Source: an uncultured virus (IMG/VR IMGVR_UViG_3300042881_004430)
Lineage: Duplodnaviria > Heunggongvirae > Uroviricota > Caudoviricetes
Direction: 5' to 3' (one strand)
IMG/VR virus record: IMGVR_UViG_3300042881_004430
Coordinates: 51,211 to 71,210 of that record
Length of the DNA: 20,000 nucleotides
Position numbers and translations under genes: made by a program. Of this stretch, positions 5,922-14,583 are shown piece by piece; the stretch's first letter is position 1, and each line of letters starts with the position of its first letter. The notes under the pieces were generated by a model. The model did no database searches and was not told the DNA's origin. It saw only the letters and a list, made by a program, of their open reading frames with translations.

Positions 5922-8108
5922 ATGCAAATTGCTCCGAAAAACGAGAATTCTGTGCTGCTGTCGGACAACTTCAAGTCCGTATCTTTCGGCATCAAGCAGG
6001 ATGGGCTTGCCCATATCTTTGGCGTTCTCCGCAACCAACTGTACTCTGACAAGATCCTTGCGGTCATCAGAGAATATTCCGCCAATGCCTTGGACGCAAA
6101 CGTCGAGGCTGGCAGCGACAAGCCCATAGTCGTCACCGCTCCCAACCCTCTTGATCCAGTCTTCAAGGTAAGAGACTACGGCTCCGGTCTCAATGAAGAT
6201 GAGATTCGTGACATTTACTCCAACTATGGAGAATCTACCAAGAGAAACTCTAATAAGTTAATTGGTCAGCTTGGGCTTGGTTCCAAGTCAGCTTTTGCTT
6301 ATGGCGACAACTTCCTTATCAATTCTTTTGTGAATGGTAAGAAGGTCACCTACAATGCTTACATTGATCCTACTCAGATTGGCATGATTGCTAAGATGTA
6401 TGAGGAGGATACTTGTGAGCCGAATGGAGTTGAGATTTGCGTCCCTGTCAAGTCTAAAGACATCTCCTCTTTTCATTCAAAGATAAAGGAGTTCTTTAAG
6501 TATTGGAATCCGATCCCTGATGTTAGGGGCATCGAAGGTTTCCCCGCTGAAAACCCTGCTCCTGTTATTGAGGGTTCTAATTGGAAGTATTTTGTTAATA
6601 ATAAAGGCATCACTTCTTCTCCTGTTATTGTGATGGGAAACGTTGCTTATCCTCTCGTTCCTAATGAGGTATCTCAGGAGTTTGTTGAAGCTTGCAATCA
6701 AAAGACTTTTTACGCTCCGATGTTGAGTGGGTTTGTCTTTTATACTGATATTGGAACCCTTGAAGTCTCTGCTTCCAGAGAAGATCTTCAGTATACTGAT
6801 TACACCAAGAAGAATATTGGCAAGATCTTTAAAGCTTTCAATGATGAACTTGTTTCAAGAGTCAATGATAAGATAAATTGTGCCAGCAACCTGCTTGAAG
6901 CCAAGAGAGTCTATAAAGATTTCTTTGGAGATCTTTTTGGTTGTTATAGTGCGCTGAGTTTTCTTTCTAAAGAGTGTAATTGGAATGGGCATGAAGTAGA
7001 CTCTCCTATTGTTGAATTTATCTTTTCTAAAGATGAATGCCTTGCTGATGGAAAAGAAGCTGCTTCTATTAACTGCTATGGATCAACTCGTCGCTCTAGG
7101 AAATCGGTACCCTTTTATTTAGCCAACCGTCTTTCGTCAGAGAAAGAAACATTAAATGTTATTGATGACTGCGATGGAAAGAATCTCTTAAAGAGAATGC
7201 GTCATACCATCATAGACAAAAAGACTTATAAGGAAATTAATGTAATAAAAGTTCGTGACCAAGCTCTTTGGGAGAAAGCTCTCAAGACTAGAGGTATGGA
7301 GAATTATCCTTTCGCCAAACTTTCTGAGCTTGAATATCCAGCCAATATTAGTGAAAAAGTCTCAAATCTATATTCTGGCTCTAAACAGAAGAACGAAAAG
7401 CATACCAAAAAAGCTTTTGTCCTGAACACTTCTATGACTAGTTATTCTCCAACTGCTTCAGACTACTGGGATGCGGCAGTTGTTGACATTAAAAACGATT
7501 CAGGCGTTTGGATTCAAATCGATAGGTTTAAATACGAAGACCAGTCGCTTAATTATTTTAATAAAAATCTATCTTCTTTTGTGTCTGCCTTGGGAATTAC
7601 GAACTCTACGCCCAAGATCTACGGCTTCAAAGAAGTTCCAAAAGGTCTAGAAAAGAATGCTAATTTTGTAGAAGTCAAGAAGTGGGTTGTAGAAACCTCA
7701 TTTAAGAAATTAGAAAATGACGGCGCAATCAATGAATTCAACTGCTTCTTAAAACTATCTAACTTTGAGCTTCCTTACTCTTATGTTTCATTGATGAAGT
7801 TTATGAAGTCTATTGAGCATCAAATTCCTGATGATTCAAAAGATTTAAAAAATCTTATCAAAGATTATGAAGAGGTAAGCAACATAATGAAGAATACATC
7901 ATTTGCTCAATTGAAGTCTGGTCTTGTTTATTTCAATTGTTATCAAACTTTCTTAGAAAAGCTTTCTTCACAAGAGATTCATCCCTTTATTAAGAATATG
8001 GAGTCTTTTCTGGAAAGGAATCCTATGCTGAATTATGTAAATGATTCTTACTTTGGTTATATGAGAAAGCCTGAATTCGAAAAGAGCATCCTGTCCTACG
8101 TCAAGTAA
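5922..8108 (+). CDS. rIIA: rIIA-like protein (N-terminal GHKL ATPase)
   Basis: LYSDKILAVIREYSANALDA, VRDYGSGL, STKRNSN..IGQLGLGSKSAFAY, NGVEI, MGNVAYP, SASREDL; adjacent to rIIB. Confidence 0.88.
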   Translation: MQIAPKNENSVLLSDNFKSVSFGIKQDGLAHIFGVLRNQLYSDKILAVIREYSANALDANVEAGSDKPIVVTAPNPLDPVFKVRDYGSGLNEDEIRDIYSNYGESTKRNSNKLIGQLGLGSKSAFAYGDNFLINSFVNGKKVTYNAYIDPTQIGMIAKMYEEDTCEPNGVEICVPVKSKDISSFHSKIKEFFKYWNPIPDVRGIEGFPAENPAPVIEGSNWKYFVNNKGITSSPVIVMGNVAYPLVPNEVSQEFVEACNQKTFYAPMLSGFVFYTDIGTLEVSASREDLQYTDYTKKNIGKIFKAFNDELVSRVNDKINCASNLLEAKRVYKDFFGDLFGCYSALSFLSKECNWNGHEVDSPIVEFIFSKDECLADGKEAASINCYGSTRRSRKSVPFYLANRLSSEKETLNVIDDCDGKNLLKRMRHTIIDKKTYKEINVIKVRDQALWEKALKTRGMENYPFAKLSELEYPANISEKVSNLYSGSKQKNEKHTKKAFVLNTSMTSYSPTASDYWDAAVVDIKNDSGVWIQIDRFKYEDQSLNYFNKNLSSFVSALGITNSTPKIYGFKEVPKGLEKNANFVEVKKWVVETSFKKLENDGAINEFNCFLKLSNFELPYSYVSLMKFMKSIEHQIPDDSKDLKNLIKDYEEVSNIMKNTSFAQLKSGLVYFNCYQTFLEKLSSQEIHPFIKNMESFLERNPMLNYVNDSYFGYMRKPEFEKSILSYVK

Positions 8109-8118
8109 AATTAATAAT

Positions 8119-8994
8119 ATGAACATCCCATACATCATAACAAACAACTCAATTACCGTTGTTGTCAATGGTAAAAGTTATACGCTGAACGACGGGCACC
8201 CTAATTATGCCGCCGTCAGACAAGCGGTCGTTGACCGTAAGTTCGATAAGATTGCAACTCTTGTCGATATCCCTGAAGCAGTGCGCCGATATACTTATGG
8301 TAGCATTGAAGTTGAAAATGGTGCGATTAAGTACGCTGGTCAACCAGTTCACAACTATGTCTGCGAAAAAATCTTTTCTTTTATGAAGGAAGGATTGCCT
8401 TTTGAGCCACTGGTTGCGTTCTTAGACAAGCTTATGAAAAACCCTTCTAGAAGGGCAGTGAATGAGTTGTATTCATTCCTTGAGCATAAGGCTATGCCTA
8501 TTACCCCTAATGGTAATTTCTTAGCTTATAAGTCAATCTCTCTTGATTGGAAAGATCACTATACTGGCACTTTTGATAACAGTGTTGGTAATACTCTTGA
8601 GATGGCTCGCAATTCTGTTTGCGATGATGCTGAAGTTGGTTGCTCTTCTGGATTCCATGCTGGATCTTTGCAGTACGCTTCAACTTTTGGAGGAAGCAGC
8701 AAGCTTGTAATTGTTGAAATCGACCCCTCTGACGTAGTTAGTATTCCAAAGGATTCTAATTGCCAGAAGCTCCGTACCTGCAAGTACAAGGTTATTGCAG
8801 AATACACTCAGAAGCTTCCTGACAATTATACTGAACAGTATAGCCCAAAAGAAGAGTTTGATAATTATACTGATCCTTGCTACTGTGATCAGTGTCCCGC
8901 AGAAGATGAAAATGAAGACGACTCTGTGCCGATGTCTTTTCATAATGTCAGAGACGAACTGGGACGCTTTACTAAGAAAGTGAAAGTATCTTAA
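8119..8994 (+). CDS. rIIB: rIIB-like protein
   Basis: NPS..AVNELYSFL, ITPNGNFLAYK, DNSVG..LEMARNSV.DD...CSSGFH, DVVSIP.D...KLRTCKYKV. Confidence 0.88.
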   Translation: MNIPYIITNNSITVVVNGKSYTLNDGHPNYAAVRQAVVDRKFDKIATLVDIPEAVRRYTYGSIEVENGAIKYAGQPVHNYVCEKIFSFMKEGLPFEPLVAFLDKLMKNPSRRAVNELYSFLEHKAMPITPNGNFLAYKSISLDWKDHYTGTFDNSVGNTLEMARNSVCDDAEVGCSSGFHAGSLQYASTFGGSSKLVIVEIDPSDVVSIPKDSNCQKLRTCKYKVIAEYTQKLPDNYTEQYSPKEEFDNYTDPCYCDQCPAEDENEDDSVPMSFHNVRDELGRFTKKVKVS

Positions 8995-9062
8995 TGGTTA
9001 TAGCAGTTTTGCTGCTAATAATGTTCTTAGGATACGTCTCTCAAAGAGAAAAACTGAAGTGA
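8994..9062 (+). CDS. 22-aa single-TM micro-protein (not in ORF track)
   Basis: TAATG overlap with the rIIB stop; MVIAVLLLIMFLGYVSQREKLK*; ends just before the terminator. Confidence 0.5.
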   Translation: MVIAVLLLIMFLGYVSQREKLK

Positions 9063-9064
9063 AT

Positions 9065-9106
9065 AAAGGTAGTGGGGCGAAAATCCTGCTACCTTTTTTC
9101 TTTTTT
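9065..9106 (+). terminator. Rho-independent terminator
   Basis: AAAGGTAGTGGG / CCTGCTACCTTT stem (with G-U pairs) followed by a T-tract. Confidence 0.8.
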
Positions 9107-9121
9107 AAGATACAATAAGTT

Positions 9122-10924
9122 GTGGAATCTGTTAATTATAAAAATGTACTATGCATTGGCCCCTCTGGCAATTCGGGGAGAGCAATTGCTTGCAAGAGCT
9201 TTATCTATAATTTACTAATTCAAAAGATAAACGTCTCATGGAAGCCTATTAAAATTGACGGCACCACGGAAGGTGATTCCGAGCTAGATTCCAAAGTAGT
9301 TAGAGTTAAAAATGCATTGCTTAAATACTCAGAGGTTGTTTTATGCTCTCATCCAAAGAACTGGAATGCCTTAATAGATTCTAATAAAATACAAGAAGAT
9401 AAAAAAATTATAGGCAAATTTTCATCTGACATAGACGAGATTAGTAATGAGAATGTATCTTTTATAAATCAAAGCAAGGTACATATCTTATCTGTTTTAA
9501 ATGAAGAAGTCTACGATACGCTAAAAGGTAAGATAACAAAACCAATAATTATTGAAAAATTGTCCTATGTAGTAGACAAGAGAAGCGTAGACTACAAGGC
9601 TTTTGACAATAACGAGATAATGCTTGGCGATGGATGGTATGAGGTGGAAATGTTTGATAACAAGATGTTTCGATGGACCAAGCCTTGTTTTTCTATTTTA
9701 TTTAATAAAGAGATTCCTTATACGCAAATGCGACTAGGATTAATAAATGAATTCAATGACAAAAAAATACTAATCCTTGCAAGGAAAAAGAATGGGCTTA
9801 CAAAACAAATCCTCGACAAAAAATATGAAGTTAATGAGAAGATCTCTTTGACTATTGACATTAAAGATATAGAAACTTTAACTTTCAGCAGCGAAGAGTG
9901 TTCTAGTTTTGGCAATGACACAAGACTTTTGTTTTTAAAATTCTACAGTATTATTTTTGAGAACGAAAACTCTATAGACACTATTCCTATAATAGATTTA
10001 AAAACAGAAGAAGAAACTCGACAAGTAAATTTTATTTTTTCTTCTAATCATGAAGTAACAACAGATATAAAATCTTTATATTGTCACGAAGAGAAAAGAA
10101 GCATAAAGTCTTTTGAAATTAAAACCAAGTTAAAGACTGGCATTATATTGTATTTAGAGAACTTATCTCCAAAAAACCTTCGTTGCTTAGATAATCTAAC
10201 TGCTTATAAAAATTCAAAATATAATGTTCCAATTATTATTTGCTCCGATGCTGATTTAGAAATACCAGATAAGTATAATGTTGAGTTCTATAAGTTTGAA
10301 ATGCCAAAACTAAATGATCGTGGAGCCACTTTTAAAGATAGATATTCTTTTTGGTCATTTGTTGAGTTTATCAGAATAGCTGACCACCTAGAGTTAGATC
10401 ATTTCTTAGGGTATGAATGGGATTGCAAGGTAGGTCAAGAGTTATGGTTTGATAGACTATGGGATGACTTTTTATCTTGGGATTCTGAGCCTATTATAGC
10501 TGGTACTCCTGTTATCCGATATCCCATGAATGGTTGCGGCAACTTTTTGCAAGCTTCAACAGAATATCAATATCAATACGCCAAAGACTGTGGAGTTACC
10601 ATGTATTTAGACACAGGTGGACCTCATACTCTTTACTGTAACGGTGCATTAACTTTTTACAAAACGCAAAAGATGAAAGAATACTTTGCTAAAGAGTTAA
10701 ACTATAAAGCTGGCGACGATTCTTATATACTTAATAATAAAAACGCTTGGGATTTAGAAGTAGGATTAAGAATATTGCAAGACGTAAAAGATGACATCTT
10801 TAATAAAATAGCATGGATTCCTTCATCATATTCTGGCTTTGGAGACTGTTATTATAATCAGAGACAACGCAATAAGATGCTAGAAACCGGATTAAAAGCA
10901 GCAATCCATCAATATAAATATTAA
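9122..10924 (+). CDS. multidomain glycosyltransferase-like protein (degenerate GT-B N-lobe + GWY..E..FRWT domain + GT-A-like domain)
   Basis: GPSGNSG...KIIG GT4-like N-lobe; GDGWYEVE...FRWT...DTRLL; C-domain IIICSD, FLGYEWD (DxD-like), CNGALTFY, AWD, IHQYK. Confidence 0.6.
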   Translation: MESVNYKNVLCIGPSGNSGRAIACKSFIYNLLIQKINVSWKPIKIDGTTEGDSELDSKVVRVKNALLKYSEVVLCSHPKNWNALIDSNKIQEDKKIIGKFSSDIDEISNENVSFINQSKVHILSVLNEEVYDTLKGKITKPIIIEKLSYVVDKRSVDYKAFDNNEIMLGDGWYEVEMFDNKMFRWTKPCFSILFNKEIPYTQMRLGLINEFNDKKILILARKKNGLTKQILDKKYEVNEKISLTIDIKDIETLTFSSEECSSFGNDTRLLFLKFYSIIFENENSIDTIPIIDLKTEEETRQVNFIFSSNHEVTTDIKSLYCHEEKRSIKSFEIKTKLKTGIILYLENLSPKNLRCLDNLTAYKNSKYNVPIIICSDADLEIPDKYNVEFYKFEMPKLNDRGATFKDRYSFWSFVEFIRIADHLELDHFLGYEWDCKVGQELWFDRLWDDFLSWDSEPIIAGTPVIRYPMNGCGNFLQASTEYQYQYAKDCGVTMYLDTGGPHTLYCNGALTFYKTQKMKEYFAKELNYKAGDDSYILNNKNAWDLEVGLRILQDVKDDIFNKIAWIPSSYSGFGDCYYNQRQRNKMLETGLKAAIHQYKY

Positions 10925-10925
10925 T

Positions 10926-11663
10926 ATGCAGATAAAATTTATAATTAATTCTCACATTGAATATGTAAATAAAACGATTCATAAGATCATTCCAAGTCTT
11001 TTACAAAGCGGAATTGATCCTAGTTTAATTTACATGATAGTAACTCAATGTAATGAAAACAAAAAAATAGAGAATCAATATGGTATCAATTTATATCAAG
11101 TTGATCACAACTCTTATGATGCTCATGCTACCTTTCTTTCAGTTTTTGAATTAGGCTTATCTTCTGATTATTGGTTTTATATACATGATACTTGTATTGT
11201 AGAAGAGAAGTTTTATCAAAAAATAAAAGAATTTGATTATTCTCCAGACTATGATGCAGTACGTCTTTGCAACGAGAATGCTACTATGGGATTAGCTCTC
11301 TATAAGCATTCTTATATTAAAAAATTTGAACCAACGCTAAGAAAAGAAAAAAATACTGATTACTCAGAAGAGCGAATGAAAATCATGAAAAGAGATTTCT
11401 CTATCATGAGAGAAAATATGTTTATATGGAAGTCAAAGATAAAACATTATATAGGCGACATTCCTATTGATGTTAATAACATTAAGATTTCCTCATTTAG
11501 CAATCCAGAAGATAAATATCCTAAATATCTTGGAATATGTGATTTCTATGGAACGGGTACGCCTAGATTAAAAGTTCATTTTGAAGATATTGGAATTTAT
11601 AAATTTTCTGCTAATTATGGTCAAAATCCACATGAATCATTTGATCATGTCATAAAACTATGA
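10926..11663 (+). CDS. putative GT-A fold glycosyltransferase
   Basis: FIINSH start and DYWFYIHDT motif; located in the glycosylation cluster. Confidence 0.55.
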   Translation: MQIKFIINSHIEYVNKTIHKIIPSLLQSGIDPSLIYMIVTQCNENKKIENQYGINLYQVDHNSYDAHATFLSVFELGLSSDYWFYIHDTCIVEEKFYQKIKEFDYSPDYDAVRLCNENATMGLALYKHSYIKKFEPTLRKEKNTDYSEERMKIMKRDFSIMRENMFIWKSKIKHYIGDIPIDVNNIKISSFSNPEDKYPKYLGICDFYGTGTPRLKVHFEDIGIYKFSANYGQNPHESFDHVIKL

Positions 11664-12322
11664 ATATTTATACATTTTATGAACCCGTAAATGAATTAAA
11701 TCACCGTTCTAATGAAAAAATATTAGAAATTTGGAAAAAAAGTTGGGCCTATTATGGGTGGAACCCAATAGTTCTTAATTTAAAAGATGCAAAAAAACAT
11801 AAATTTTATGACGAATATAAGAAAAAATGTGAAACATATCCAACATTAAATTTTCAAAGTTATGAAATTTTATGTTATTTAAGATGGTTGGCAATGGCTG
11901 AATTAGGCGGTTGGCATTGTGATTTTGATATCATGAATTATGGATTTGAGCCAGTTGATTATGAGAACAAAATAGTAACTTGCACTCATCATAGTCTTGC
12001 TGCAAGCACCATTCATCTTCCAAAAAGCGGTTATGAAAAGATATTAAATTTAATATATAATTACGAAATAACAGAAAAAGACATTAATCATGAATTAAAA
12101 AAATATCATGTCTCTGACATGACTATATTAATAAATTTAAGAAATGAATGCAACATTGATTTATTTCTTGACTGTGAAGCATTTTATTCTTCATCTTGTT
12201 ATGGTTACTCACATGAGCATTGGACGAATACGAAATTGGTTCATTTTGCATCAGCTTTTACAAATGAAGAAAAGCTTAAAAAAATTATTGAATTTGAAAA
12301 AACATCTAAATTTTTAACGTGA
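11660..12322 (+). CDS. putative DxD glycosyltransferase (GT32/OCH1-like)
   Basis: IWKKSW...GW, YLRWLAMAELGGWHCDFDI, SDM, LVHFA. Confidence 0.65.
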   Translation: MNIYTFYEPVNELNHRSNEKILEIWKKSWAYYGWNPIVLNLKDAKKHKFYDEYKKKCETYPTLNFQSYEILCYLRWLAMAELGGWHCDFDIMNYGFEPVDYENKIVTCTHHSLAASTIHLPKSGYEKILNLIYNYEITEKDINHELKKYHVSDMTILINLRNECNIDLFLDCEAFYSSSCYGYSHEHWTNTKLVHFASAFTNEEKLKKIIEFEKTSKFLT

Positions 12323-13200
12323 ATATCTTATTTTATGGTTCTTGTAATGTTTCTGCGCTTGTAGAAAGCATGAATAGTAGAGATTCTATTTTAGGCAAAA
12401 GCTTAGAGTCTCATAGCATAACTTCAATTTTGTGCCAAGATACAAAACTAACGCAAACAGAGTTTTTGCAGGTAATTCAAAAACAGGATGTCATTATTAC
12501 CGTCCCCATTTCTAATAATTATAGGAATAGCTATTTTCTTTCAACCGAATTTATATTAAAAAATAAAAACGAGAAAACAAAACTAATAATTTTCGTATCT
12601 TTACATTCTCATTATTATTATTTTGATTATGGACATATTTTTGAAAAAGAAATTACGATAAATAAACCACATCATTTGCATTTTAAAACGCTATTTGAGT
12701 TTTATAAAAAAGGTAAAACTGGAAAACAATTTATAGACGAATGTGTTTATAATCCAGAATTTAAATCTTACGAAGAATTACATTCATTTGCAACACAAGA
12801 TATAGAAGAGCTTTCCAGAAGGCAAGATTTGCTTGTAAATTTTAAAAATGAATATCAAAATGTTGAAGTTATCGATGTGGTGACATTTATAAAAAGTAAC
12901 TACAAGAAGCATTTAATGTTTTACTCATTAAATCATCCATCGAACTATTTACTCTATTTTATAGCCGAAGAAATATTAAAATTATTAAAAATATCAGAAA
13001 AATTAATTAACAGGAACGCAATTGCTTTTGATGATAAATTTTTATTATATAACTGTCAGCAAAAATATTTTGATTTTGATATAAACGCGAGAACGCCTGA
13101 CTTTAAATTAATATCAAATAATAACAATATTAATAGTTTAGAAGAAGCGGTTTCCTATTATTACGACTCATATAAAGAACAAAAAATAAAAAAATATTAA
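12319..13200 (+). CDS. WcbI-family polysaccharide biosynthesis protein (putative acetyltransferase)
   Basis: ILFYGSCN N-terminus, DVIITVPI, LMFYSLNHPSNYLL (WcbI-type F.t.NHP motif); GTG start. Confidence 0.75.
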   Translation: MNILFYGSCNVSALVESMNSRDSILGKSLESHSITSILCQDTKLTQTEFLQVIQKQDVIITVPISNNYRNSYFLSTEFILKNKNEKTKLIIFVSLHSHYYYFDYGHIFEKEITINKPHHLHFKTLFEFYKKGKTGKQFIDECVYNPEFKSYEELHSFATQDIEELSRRQDLLVNFKNEYQNVEVIDVVTFIKSNYKKHLMFYSLNHPSNYLLYFIAEEILKLLKISEKLINRNAIAFDDKFLLYNCQQKYFDFDINARTPDFKLISNNNNINSLEEAVSYYYDSYKEQKIKKY

Positions 13201-14583
13201 ATGTATTCAACTTATTCATTTACTCATGAGACAAAAGACGTTTTTAACAAAGATGAATTTATTGTCAAAGGAGTCTACGCATTAGAATATGAAGATAATA
13301 GGGATTTTTATTTTAGATGGACAGAATTTTATTTTAGCATAAAGCCGACATCAAAAGCCACTACCAATGTAGTTTTAAATATATATAATATCTTTTCTTC
13401 TAAAAGAATAATTATTACAACAAGCAATTACAAAAAAGAATTTAATCTTCTTTATGGAGAATATACTTTTTACATACCTCTGTGTCAAAATGATCAAGTG
13501 GATATTTTTGTTAGCCCTACTTATGTTGAAAAAGACATCAGAGTAAATCTAGGAATCTGCGTTAAAAAGATTTTCGTTAGCGACCTTGAATATAAATATC
13601 CAAAAAGATTACTGGATATAGAAGACATATCCAACAAGATAGAGTTCTTTAACATTAACGAAGGAGCAGATATACACAAAAGAATTAAAGTTCCTTTTGA
13701 AAAGCAAAATGGCAAACTTACTATCCTTCCAATAAAAACCGAAGGAAGAGAGTTTTATTTTAATCCAACAATTTTTACTGTAAATGAACAAGATTACATA
13801 ATTGCAAGAAGAACTAAAGTTTTTGGAGAAAATGTTTTCAATACAGATCTTAAGATGTTCAAGTATCCATCTCTTGAACCAGTAGAATTACCTGTTACCA
13901 ATGAAGGTCCGAATGAGCAACATGAAGATCCTAGAGCTATCGTTTATAAAGACAAAGTAATCATATCGACAGTAAGTTATTTTAGCTATAAAAACGATTT
14001 CTTTCACGAAAAACTTTTAGTTTACGATAAAAATTTTAACTACGAAAAGAGTATCCATCTTGCATACGGGAAAAACGGCTCTAGCGTAACTCAAAATACT
14101 GGAGACGAAAAGAATTGGACATTTTTTGAACATAATGGTAAACTAATGTTCGTTCATCAAATGAACCCACATACCGTTGTGGAAACTGACCTTGAAGGCA
14201 AAATAATAACAGAATATAAAACTCATTTTAATGTAAAATCTAAGTGGAAATTTGGAGAACCAAGACTTAGCACAAATCCTATTTATAAAGATGGATACTA
14301 TCATAGTTTTTTTCATAGCCATCTACCTCTTAGAGAGGACAAGTTCTTAACTAAGATGTATTTTATGGGATATTACAAATTTAGAGCGGAACCTCCTTTT
14401 GATATAATAGAAGTTATGGAAGAGCCTATTTTATGGGGAAATAACATCTTACCACGCAGAGAACCTCTTGTTCCTTATTGTGTTTTTCCATGTGGATTTA
14501 TTTTAAAAGACGACACATTTATAATAAGCCTTGGAGTTAATGATGAAGATTGCGCCATATTAGAGTACAAACTACCAACATGA
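13201..14583 (+). CDS. FRWT-type N-domain fused to a GH130/Bmt-like five-bladed beta-propeller (mannoside phosphorylase/transferase-like)
   Basis: FNPTI, IARR, EDPR, EKNWTFF, VFPCG...ISLGVND motifs; N-domain KGVYALE...FRWT...DIRVNLG. Confidence 0.7.
   Translation: MYSTYSFTHETKDVFNKDEFIVKGVYALEYEDNRDFYFRWTEFYFSIKPTSKATTNVVLNIYNIFSSKRIIITTSNYKKEFNLLYGEYTFYIPLCQNDQVDIFVSPTYVEKDIRVNLGICVKKIFVSDLEYKYPKRLLDIEDISNKIEFFNINEGADIHKRIKVPFEKQNGKLTILPIKTEGREFYFNPTIFTVNEQDYIIARRTKVFGENVFNTDLKMFKYPSLEPVELPVTNEGPNEQHEDPRAIVYKDKVIISTVSYFSYKNDFFHEKLLVYDKNFNYEKSIHLAYGKNGSSVTQNTGDEKNWTFFEHNGKLMFVHQMNPHTVVETDLEGKIITEYKTHFNVKSKWKFGEPRLSTNPIYKDGYYHSFFHSHLPLREDKFLTKMYFMGYYKFRAEPPFDIIEVMEEPILWGNNILPRREPLVPYCVFPCGFILKDDTFIISLGVNDEDCAILEYKLPT

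Noticed and set aside
5922..6500. Hsp90/MutL/histidine kinase call for the GHKL ORF
   Set aside because: The motif context and the adjacent rIIB identify it as rIIA-like.
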